A stretch of DNA of 20,000 nucleotides from Lama guanicoe. Lineage: Eukaryota. Position 1 is the first letter of the stretch. Every line of letters starts with the position of its first letter. This document shows, in pieces, positions 10,560 to 20,000 of the stretch. Made by a program: the position numbers and the translations under genes. The stretch lies in the NCBI GenBank assembly GCA_013239625.1, contig MU054323.1, forward strand, positions 14,366,565 to 14,386,564. The letters run 5' to 3'. Under the pieces are notes generated by a model that saw nothing but the letters and a program-made list of their open reading frames with translations, was not told the origin of the DNA and made no database searches.

Positions 10560-11692
10560 AAGCTAGCGATTAATCCATCATATCACTTTAAACATCAGTA
10601 GTCTAAATATGTCAATTAAAAGACAGAAACTGTCAGAGCACATTAAAAAACCTAAGACTCAACTATATGTAACCTAGAAGAAACCTATTTTAAATATAAA
10701 AACACAGATAGACAAAAAGTAAAATTATAGAGAAAGATACACCATGTTAACACTAATCAAAAGAAAGTTGGAGTAGTTAAATTAGTTTTAGACAATGGAG
10801 AATCCAGAGGAAGGAAAATTATGAGGGATAGAGAATGATACTACGTAACAGCAATGAGGCCAATTCTGCAAGAAGATGTAAGAATTCTTATTGTGTATGC
10901 ACTTTAAACAGAGTGTCAAAATACATGAGGCAAAACTTGAAAAAACTACAAGGAGAAATAGATAAATTTTATATTATAGTTGGAGACTTTTACACTCTTC
11001 TATCAGTAATTGACAATTCCAGCAGGCAGAAAATCAATAAGGATATAGATGAACTCAACAGCACCATCAATCAACTATATCTAATTGACATGAATAGACT
11101 ACTTCAAATACACATTCTTCTCCAGTTCACACGGATTATTCACCAAGATAGGCCCCATCCTATACCATGAACATACATCAACAAATTCTTAAAGAATAGA
11201 ACCCATACAGAATATCCAAAACCAGAATGGATTTAAACTAGAAATTGGTAACAGAAAGATATTGGGAAACCCTCTCGCAACTTGAAGTTTTATAACACAC
11301 ATCTAAACAAAGAGTCAAAAAAATAAATCTCAAGAGAAACTATAAATTATTTTGAATTAAATAAAAGTTCTGTTTTAAAAATTCTTTTTCTAAAATCTAT
11401 CAAAATTTGTGGGCTGAAGTGAAAGCAGCGCTTAGAGTAAAATTCGTATCATTGAATATATATACTAGAAATGGATAAAGACCTAAAATCAATAAAATAA
11501 CATTTCATCTTAGAAAACTAGAGAAAAAGCAATTAAGCCTAAGGCAAGCAGGAAAAAAGAAATAAAAGAGCAGAAGTAAATGAAATTGAAACAGGAAATT
11601 GATAGAAAAATCAATGAAACCAAAAGCTCATTATTTGAAAAGGTCGATAAATTTAATAAACCTCTAACCACACTAACCAAGAAAAAAAAATC
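10560..11692 (+). pseudogene. Decayed L1 ORF2p endonuclease domain and linker
   Basis: ITLNISSLNMSIKRQKLSEHIKK (~10584). ORF 10835-11170 contains IIVGDFYTLLSVIDNSSRQKINKDIDELNSTINQLYLID (cf. IIVGDFNTPLS..DRSSRQKINKDI..LN..I.QLDL.D). The segment ends at ETKSSLFEKVDKFNKPLTTLTKKK. Confidence 0.9.
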
Positions 11693-12900
11693 AGACAGGT
11701 GATTCTAAAGTTAACATGGAAAGTTAGAAACCCCAAAATAACCAGAACAATACTGATGAGGAACAACAAAAGTTGGAGGTCTGACATTATCCACTTTAAG
11801 ACTTACTATAAAGCCACAATGATCAACATAGCATGGTATTGTCAAAAGAATAGACACATAGATCAGTGGAACCGAACAGAGAATACAGAAAAAAGTGATC
11901 CACAAAAATATAGTCAATTGATCTTTACAAAGAAGGTAAGTCAATTCAATAGAGAAGGAATAGTCTTTTCAAAAAATGATGTCAAACAATGGAACATTAT
12001 ATGTGCAAAAAGAAAAAAATTGAGTCCAGGCGCAGACCTTAAACCTTTCACAAAAATTAACTTAAAATGGATCATAGACTTAAATTTAAAATACATTTTT
12101 AGAAGATAACGTTAGAGAAAATCTAGGTGGCCTCTGGTTTAGTGATGACTTTTTACGTGCAACACCAAAAACATGATCAATGAGCAAAATAATTGGTAAG
12201 TTGGATTTCATTAAATTGTAATTAAAAAACTTTGCTATACAAAAGACAAAATAACAGCCACAATAAAAACAAGCCACAGAATGGGAGAATCTGTTTGAAA
12301 AACACGTATCTGATAAAGGACTTGTGTTCAGAGTATACAAAGAACTCTTAAAAGTCAACAATTAGAAAGCAAACAACCTAATTAATAATGAATAAAAGAT
12401 GTGAACAGACACCTCACCAAAGAAGATATACCCATGGCAAAAAACATACAACAAAATCTCCCACAAAACTTGTAAGATACTCAAATCATTTTTCATTAGG
12501 GAATTGCAATGAAAACAGTAACACTTATCACTATCTAACTATTAGAACCTATTAAAATAGTATTACCACTACATATCTATTGTAATGGCTAAAATCCAAA
12601 AAGCTGATAATACCAAGTGCTAGTGAGGATATAATGTAACAGGAAATCTCATTCATTGTCTGGGGAGTCTCCACTTTGGTAGTCAGTTGGCAATTTCTTA
12701 CAAAGCAACACCTAGTCTTAACCACATGATCCTCCAATCACACTCCTAGGTATTTTCCAAACTGAGTTGAAAACTTAAATTCCATATAAAAATAAGCACA
12801 GTTATCTTTATAGCAGCTTTATTCAATAGGTGAATAAATAAACTGCTACATCCATAAAGTGGAATATTATTCAGTGCTACAAAAGAAATGAGCTATTAAG
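11693..12900 (+). pseudogene. Decayed L1 ORF2p post-RT and C-terminal region
   Basis: ORF 11699-12109 contains ILKLTWK, FKTYYKATMINIAWYCQKNRHIDQWNRTE and LKPFTKINLKWIIDLN (cf. FKLYYKATVIKTAWYWYKNRHIDQWNRIE; LTPYTKINSKWIKDLN). Confidence 0.9.
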
Positions 12901-15744
12901 CTACAAAAAGACATTGAGGACTCAAATGCATATTGCTGCAGGGAAAAAGTCTGAAAGTCTATATACTGTATATAATACAACTATATTACATTTTGAAAAA
13001 GGCAAAAGTATAAAAACAGCAGAAGAAAAAGTCAGCAGTTGCTTGAGGTTTGAGGAGCGGGAAAAGATGGGAGGGATAAAAAGGTGATGAAGTACAATGG
13101 ACTTTTAGGGTAGTGAAACTATTTGTATGAATCCGTAATGGTAGATACATAAAATTATGCCTTTGTTAAAAATATATAGGAATTTACAACCCAGTGGATG
13201 AATCTTAATATATACACTTAAAAAAATCTAGAAGTTTGAGGAATCCTGGGAAATAAGGTAAATCGTAAGAGAATCTAACTGTATTTAAAATGAAACAACA
13301 TCACTGTGCTTAATGAGAAAGGGCTGTGCTGAGTAACTTTGGAAAGGCATGGTCTGTAAAACCAAAAACAAAAGGAGGTGCACATAGGAACTTTAGTGAC
13401 AAAGTTGCTTCCCATGTTCTGATACTGTTAGAACTGCATACTGGAAATAATGAACTAGGTAAATGAATGGTGGATAGTGGCAGACAGATTTCTCACTGTC
13501 GCAGTGGAATTTTAGAGATCAGTGGGGCAGAAGGCTAGAATGATCTGTATCATAATGGATAAAAGAAGGTATCAGGAAGACCTCGTGTTCAATTTAATAA
13601 AAATACAAAGTTTGTAGATAGAAATATTTAAGATATATGTATATATTTGTTTTAGCATATACACACATATTTCTTGGCTCTGTCAGACAAGAGTGCCTAA
13701 AGAATTGATATACCAGTAGCAATGAACACAGTTATTACCTAGACATTGGTTTCTAATGCCATTCTCCAATAAAAGGATACAAGGATCCTTGGAGAAATGG
13801 CTGGTTCTAGGACTGGGGAAGGAAACACATGAGATGATCGCAGGACATCTTATAGGGCCAGAAAGGAAGTGCTCCAGAAAAAAAAAGTAAAGGCATATGT
13901 CAAGGGGAACAGGAGCAAATGGAAAGAACTCCCCATGCCCAAAACTTGAACAGCTTGACCAACGAAATAAAGTACTGTTGGGTTATAACTGGTGAATATG
14001 AAAAAAATGGTCATGAGCTCATGCTGATACAAAGAGATTAAATAAATTAATAAATGGTAGAGAAAAGACAAAACTCCTATGCACAAGAATTGAAAATAAA
14101 TTATGTAGCTACTCTGCCTAAGTGAAGATGAGCATAAACCTCTGCTTCTTAAGTGTGGGCTACTTTTAGTTACTTCCTTCTGAGGAGTACAGTGATAAGA
14201 GAAGGGTAACCATAGCAGAGAAATCTGACAACTGCATCTTCAGCCAGGAGATCAAGATCAGTATCAGTAGTCGTTAGTCATGTTGATAACAAGTACTCTC
14301 GATATGATGTGATAAAAATTGTACTTAACATGTATGTTCTCCCTTTCCAAAACCCATAACCTCAGTCTACATCAGATTAATTTCAGTAGAGGATTATCCT
14401 ATATACTAACTGACCAGTACTTCTCAAAACTGTTGAGGTCATCAGAAGCAAGGAAAATCTAAAAAATTATCACGGCCTCAAGGAGGCTAAGGAGACTTGA
14501 GATAGAAATGCAATGTGTTATGCTGGATGGGATTCTGAAACAGAAAGAGGGTATTGGGTAAAAACTAAGAAAATGGTTTAAACAGTCTCTGAATAACCTA
14601 GGGACTTGATTATCAGTATTGGTCCATTAATTGAAACAAAAATACCATGTTAGTGTAGGATGTTAATAATAGGGGAAGCTTTATTCAGTGGTGGTGTTGG
14701 CTTACTTTCTCTGTGAATGTGAGCTGTCGTGAAAAATAATCTCTATTCCTTTTTTAAAAATTATGTCTGTTTTGGAAGTCTCTGCCTACTCATCCCATAC
14801 CACATGAGTGACAATGGTACATACATGAAAGGTGTGGAAGTGAGGACAATGCATATAGATCCACCCAGTATATATAAAGATAATAAATATTCAGCAAAAT
14901 ACTAAGTAAAATATTTATCAAGTCAGTAAATAAAAATAGGCTTTTGCTGCATTCAGTTAATCTGTACACCAAAAAATATTTTAGGTATGTTATGTCCAAG
15001 AAACAGATTTACTGCTTTTTATTTTATACTCTTCTTAACACTTAAAATTTCTATTTTTTTCTTACCTTTAGCTACTCCCACATCTGTTTCAAATATGAAC
15101 TTCCACAGGCCATATTTGGCAATTCAGTATATTTTTAATCTTATTCGGTATTCCAGTTCTGGCTGAATAGGGCACTAGGATTAGTTTTCCTCAGCTTCTA
15201 GGATTTAGTGTGGGTCTTTACTACCTACTGATTTTAGACAGTTTTCTAAGGCTATGATTTCTTTATTTCTTTGTCTGCTTCTCTAACTCTCAGCTAGGTG
15301 CCTGAGGCTTACATTTATTTTCAGTGGAAAAGCTAGTCCTCATTTTTTGAATGCAGTACATAAATATTCATCACTGAGCATAGATATAAGGATAAAGTCA
15401 ATTCCTTTATTGAACACTGAAGACAATTTTCTCTCTTCAACTTTATCTTCAACTGGACCACACACAAATAACTAAAACCAATTGCCTCACTATCTCCTAA
15501 CTATTCCTAAACTATATCTTTGTTAATGCCATTTCCCCTTCTTAGAGTGTTTTCACTAATTCTTATGACATTATATGATCTTCCTGCTTTTACAAATTTT
15601 ACATAAATTTCTTTTTCTTCCATCAGTACATTCCAGTAACTTTTCCCCACACTTCTGTTTCCTTTTATCCTACAATGCACAGCACTTATTTTTGGTGCAT
15701 ATTGATGTAAATCATTATTTAACTTTAGGTATATAGTGAGCTCA

Positions 15745-16560
15745 CCACAGAAAAAAGAGCAAACAAAACCCAAAGTGAACAGAAGAGAGCAAAAAATAAA
15801 AGGAAAAGTATGAATAAATGAAGCAGAAAATAAGGCCAGTGTTATCTTAATCAATATAAAAACTTAAAAACAACAACAACCAGAGATTAAAAGGATAGAT
15901 AAAACTGACCTCATGAAGAGAGATGCATAAATTTGTAACAAAAGTTTAGCAAATTTAATCCAACAAAATATTAAAAAATAGAACAATGTATATGACCAAG
16001 TGAGGCTTACTCAGGAATGCAACGATAGTTTAGCATTCAAATATCGTGATGTAATCCACCACATTAGAACAAAAAAAGAAAATAATAGGGTAACCTTATT
16101 CAATGTAGAAAATTTAAAAAAAAAAAAAGCTTCCAGCAGATTTCTTTAGTAGAAATTGACACAATATACATACACTTCTATGAAAGGGAAAAGGGCCTGG
16201 GACAGCCAAAAATAACTGAAAGAGATAACAAGATTGAAGGACATACACTACTTTATTTTAAGGCATACTGTAACGCCTTATTGATAAAGACAGTGCGACA
16301 ACAGAATAGAGAGTCCATAATAGCCCTATACATATATAACCAACTGATTTTTGACAAAATTGTCAAGGCAATCTGCTAGAAAAAGGATAGTCTTCAAAAA
16401 AAGGTGCTGAAACAATTAGATAGCCATTTGCAAAAAATGGACCTTGATCCTTACCACACAATGTATGTGAAAATCACCTGAAATGGAGCATAACTGTAAA
16501 TGTATAAAGCTAAAATTATTACAGTTCAAAAGAAAATATACGATATCTTAGAGACCTTCC
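15745..16560 (+). mobile_element. Ancient LINE-1 ORF2 fragment (L1M-type) with several internal deletions
   Basis: Reads KEQTKPKVNRRE (linker), then tatgaccaagtgaggcttactcaggaatgcaa (cf. HDQVGFIPGMQ), then post-RT caactgatttttgacaaa ... ggatagtcttc ... ggtgctgaaacaattagatagcc (cf. LIFDK, DSLFNKWCWENW). Confidence 0.85.
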
Positions 16561-16705
16561 ACTCCAATTCTTTAAGGTGAAAGCAGACTACATAGGGTCT
16601 ACTTATAAATTTATAAGTATATTAGAAAGTTTGATTTTTTTGCTTTTATCAAAGCCAGGCTCACCAGTTTAAACAGTAGCATTAATAATTTTATTTATCT
16701 TACTT

Positions 16706-18059
16706 CTTTTTTGTATATATATTTATATTGAAGTGTAGTCAGTTTACAATGTGTCAGTTTCTGGTGCACAGCATAATGCTTCAGTCATGCATGAACATAC
16801 ATATGTTCATTTTCATATTCTTTTACACCATAAGTTAGTACAATATATTGAATATAGTTCCCTGTGCTATACAGTATAAACTTGTTGTTTATTTTATACA
16901 TGTTAGTATCTGCAAATCTCAAACGCCCAATTTTTCTCTTCATACCTCCTTTCCCCCTGGTAACCATAAGTTTGTTTTCTATGTCTATGAATCTGTTTCT
17001 GTTTTGCAAATAAGTTCATCTTTTTTTTTTTTGATTCCACACATGAGTGATACCATATGGTATTTTTCTTTCTCTTTATGGCTTACTTTACTTTGAGTGA
17101 CATTTTCCAGGTCCATCCATGCTGCTGTAAATGACATTATTTTATTCTTTTTTATGGCTGAGTAGTATTCCATTGTATAAATATACCAAAACTTCCTTAT
17201 CCAGTATTCTGTCGATGGACATTTAGATTGTTTCCGTGTCTTGGCTATTGTAAATAGCGCTGCTATGAGCATTGGAGTGTGTGTATTTTTTGAGTTAAGA
17301 TTCCCTCTGGATATATGCCCAGGAGTGGGATTGCTGGATCATATGGTAAGTCTATTTTTAGTCTTTTGAGGAATCGCCATACTATTTCCCATAATGGCTG
17401 TACCAAACTACATTCCCACCAACAGTGTACAAGGGCTCCCTTTTCTCCACAGCCTTTCCAGCATTTATCATTTGTGGACTTTTGAATGATGGCCATTCTG
17501 ACTGGTGTGAGGTGATATCTCTTTGTAGTTTTGATTTGCATTTCTCTGATAATTAGTGATATTAAGCATTTTTTGTGTGACTGTTGGCCATTTGTATGCC
17601 TTCATTGGAGTATTGCTTATTTAGGTCTTCTGCCCATTTTTGGATTGGGCTATTCGTTTTTTTCTTATTAAGTTGTATGAGCTAATTATATATTCTGGAA
17701 ATTAAGCCCTTGTCAGTCTCATCTTTTGCAAATATTTTCTCCCATTCTGTAGGTTGTCATTTTGTTTTGCTTATGGTTTCCTTTGCTGTGCAAAAGCTTA
17801 TAAATTTAATTCGATCCCATTTGTTTATTTTTGCTTTTATTTCTATTGCTTGGGTAGACTGCCCTAGGAGAACATTGCTGAGATTTGTGTCAGATAATCT
17901 TTTGCCTATGTTTTCTTCTAGGAAGTTTATGATACCTTGTTTTATGTGTAAGTCTTTAAGCCATTTTGAGTTTATTTTTGTGTGTGGTGTGCAGGAGTGT
18001 TCTAACTTCATTGATTTACATACAGCTGTCCAGTTTTCCCAACACCATTTGCTGAAGAG
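16706..18059 (-). mobile_element. Young 5'-truncated LINE-1 (camelid-like): ORF2 C-terminus, 3'UTR and tail, with TSD
   Basis: ORFs 17757-18011, 17263-17541 and 16985-17272 are consecutive ORF2 pieces, including the intact CCHC motif [19 protein letters not shown] and YTMEYYSAIKKN. The 3'UTR spans ~16725-17030. The TSD is atttatcttactt (16693-16705) / atttatcttctt (18060-18071), and the minus-strand target reads tt|aagaa, an L1 endonuclease-type site. Confidence 0.95.
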
Positions 18060-18091
18060 ATTTATCTTCTTAATTGATTAGCATCCACTAA

Positions 18092-18326
18092 GGGAATGGT
18101 GTGTGAGTGATGCCTTAGAGAGAGATCACAGGAATCTTTCTGGTACTTAGTATTATGTGAAATTTCTAAGATTCAGATTTTTTTCCAGTATTTGAAATAA
18201 GGATAACAATATTTGTTCTGCCTACTTTGTGATGTGGCTATGGAGATCAAACGAGGTTGTGTAAAGTACTCTGTAAACTGAGAAGCAAGGTACAGTTGTA
18301 GAGAATGATGATGATGATGATGATGG
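18092..18326 (+). mobile_element. MIR SINE ending in (ATG)7
   Basis: aaataaggataacaatatttgttctgcctactttgtgatgtggctatggagatcaaacgagg ... tgtaaagtactctgtaaactg is a MIR 3' region. (ATG)7 lies at 18305-18325. The 5' boundary is uncertain. Confidence 0.75.
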
Positions 18327-18354
18327 TTTGGAAATCTCTATAGTCCAAAGTTAT

Positions 18355-18465
18355 ACAAATCTCAGGTTCAAACCCAGGCATTCCAATTATTAGCTGTATG
18401 GTTTTTAGGTTAACAAAGTGATTTAAACTTTCTAAACCAAGTTTTCTTCATCACTAGAATGACTT
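18355..18465 (+). mobile_element. MIR SINE (B-box and core)
   Basis: caggttcaaacccaggc ... tattagctgtatg ... aagtgatttaaactttctaaaccaagttttcttcatc. Confidence 0.75.
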
Positions 18466-18557
18466 ATTATGTAAATTTTCAAGTTAATTGTATCTTCATA
18501 ATAAGACTTCTGGAAATATGAAATAGATTGGTTCTTTAGCACCATTGCAGGACCACA

Positions 18558-18820
18558 GGTAGTATTTATTGAGCACTTATATATACCAGCCATAGTCCTA
18601 CTGTATTTTATGTGTATTAACTCATTTGATCCCTAAATCAACCTTGGGAGTTAGGTACTACTTTTATTACCATTTCATAGATAAGTGACTGAGGCATATA
18701 AAAGTTAAATGACTCACTCCAGATACACAGTTAATAAGTGATATATGTGGTGTTTGAATCCCATGTCAGGGTCCACAGGGGTTCCCCACAGCCTGGATTT
18801 GTAGATGCTAAACTATACCA
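18558..18820 (-). mobile_element. MIR SINE, near full length
   Basis: atttattgagcacttatatataccag ... tgtattaactcatttgatcc ... taggtactacttttattaccatttcatagataagtgactgaggca ... gttaaatgact ... tacacagttaataagtg ... tttgaatccca is the antisense MIR consensus. Confidence 0.9.
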
Positions 18821-19684
18821 TTCCCCAATAATTAGTGCTCAGCTTGTGTAAGTCATTATTATTGTTATTCTTATTATTATTAGACTAGTTCAAGTTGTTC
18901 TAATCTTGCTGAAGTTTCCAGAGATCAAACATAATAAAGTCTTTCTTTTTTCTTTTAAAAGAAACACATGCAACGGCAACGGTATCAGTTAATGATTTCA
19001 TGCTGTTAACACAGAACCCTGGACTCAATCCAAAGGACCTGGAGTTCACATTTGGTTACCTGATTCTGTTCCAGGGTTAACTTGTGTTATCATCCTTTGA
19101 CATGTGCCAGGAAAATAAGCACAGGGTTCCAGAATCACCTGCAACCAGGTGTTCAGATTCAAAGCCAAGAATCCAAATTAAGGTGCTCTCAGCAGATGTG
19201 TCTAGTTTGGCCATGAAGCTTGCTTGGCAAATTCTAGTGAAATATCCAGGGAAAAATATTGGGCATGAAAGATAGTGAATTGACTCTCTGAATTTCATGC
19301 CAGCAATAAGCTATCCCATGTTGTAGTTTCAATAAAATATGTCTCCCAGATTTTGTCCAATTCTATGTCCATTTTGTCTATTTGTGACCTTTCATGTTTA
19401 TGAAAAACACGTACAAATGAAGTGAATTGCTTGATATGATATGTACTAATCTAACTGAATGGATCTAACTCACCAGGTAGAAATCTATGGGTTTGGTCAT
19501 GAATTGAGAAAGTTGTTGTTCAATTTAGGCCTTTGAAAGACATCTAAGTACAGGAAGATAAGGTAAATTTTAATTTACATGACCCATAAAATAAGACTAA
19601 AAGGCAATTCTTGTGAATATATATTGTCCCCAGATAAGACAGTAATTCCAGATATAGTAACAATAATATAGATAGTCTTGTCTT

Positions 19685-19872
19685 NNNNNNNNNNNNNNNN
19701 NNNNNNNNNNNNNNNNNNNNNNNNNNNNNNNNNNNNNNNNNNNNNNNNNNNNNNNNNNNNNNNNNNNNNNNNNNNNNNNNNNNNNNNNNNNNNNNNNNNN
19801 NNNNNNNNNNNNNNNNNNNNNNNNNNNNNNNNNNNNNNNNNNNNNNNNNNNNNNNNNNNNNNNNNNNNNNNN
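19685..19872. other. Assembly gap (188 N)
   Basis: Run of N characters. Confidence 1.
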
Positions 19873-20000
19873 TGTGGGTTGTGGAATATAGATAACCCCC
19901 GTATCATAGATTATTTGGGTCACAATTAAAGACTAGGACTCTATTAAGAAAATGGAACTTAACTGAACTGTTAAAAATGCACTCTTTTTAAATTAAAACA

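Larger units (their letters stand above)
8200..14760 (+). mobile_element. End-to-end ancient LINE-1, L1MC3-like (5'UTR, ORF1, inter-ORF, ORF2 lacking RT, ~1.9-kb 3'UTR)
   Basis: The 5' end aaagagtttggaagg ... acaagaaaaaagttgaacaaaataaaaat ... atcagagaatttaggtcaca matches the recalled L1MC 5' end. ORF1 and ORF2 remnants are collinear. The 3'UTR has L1MC3 motifs (ttggtttctaatgccattctccaataaaagga, ccttggagaaatggctggttctaggactgggg, taactgaccagtacttctcaaaactgt, gatgttaataataggggaa) and ends in an A/T-rich tail. Confidence 0.9.

Noticed and set aside
11367..11397. T-rich patch interrupting L1 ORF2, possibly a second small inversion
   Set aside because: It is too short and low in complexity to assign a source or orientation by eye.
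10835..12361. ORFs of 111, 136, 77 and 91 aa as host genes
   Set aside because: They are decayed L1 ORF2 pieces and their antisense shadows.
15507..15854. 115-aa minus-strand hydrophobic ORF
   Set aside because: Its N-terminal part is the T-rich antisense of an L1 linker, and the remainder shows no recognisable homology.
16785..18081. ORF cluster including a 123-aa + strand ORF and a CCHC-motif peptide
   Set aside because: These are frameshifted ORF2 fragments, 3'UTR frames and antisense frames of a 5'-truncated L1. There is no promoter, ORF1, endonuclease or RT, so it is not autonomous.
19575..19929. Three ORFs of 83-110 aa
   Set aside because: They stay open only because they cross the N gap.
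1..20000. CRISPR array, tRNA/rRNA genes, CpG-island promoter or prokaryote-style operon
   Set aside because: I see no regularly spaced repeat-spacer units, no cloverleaf or rRNA motifs, strong CpG depletion and no long ORFs. The B-box-like motif near 18366 belongs to a MIR.

Overview
AT-rich, CpG-poor mammalian intergenic or deep-intronic DNA. It is probably from a camelid, an inference from a young cetartiodactyl-type L1 3'UTR and the absence of ruminant Bov-tA/BovB, pig PRE1 and cetacean CHR SINEs. I can support no intact protein-coding gene, RNA gene or CRISPR array. The ORFs I could assign are decayed LINE-1 pieces, antisense L1 shadows, microsatellite frames or N-gap artefacts, and the rest match nothing I recognise. 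Over half the window is transposon relics: an end-to-end ancient L1MC3-like element (~8200-14760, +) lacking its RT domain, a young 5'-truncated L1 with target-site duplication (~16706-18059, -), other L1 fragments, an MLT1 LTR and several L2 and MIR copies. An assembly gap lies at 19685-19872. The best observations are a ~100-bp micro-inversion inside L1 ORF1, a co-axial nested palindrome in unique DNA (7021-7100) and a second imperfect hairpin (19004-19092). I found no convincing new biological system. Repeat family names come from recalled consensus sequences, not a search, so subfamilies and boundaries are approximate.
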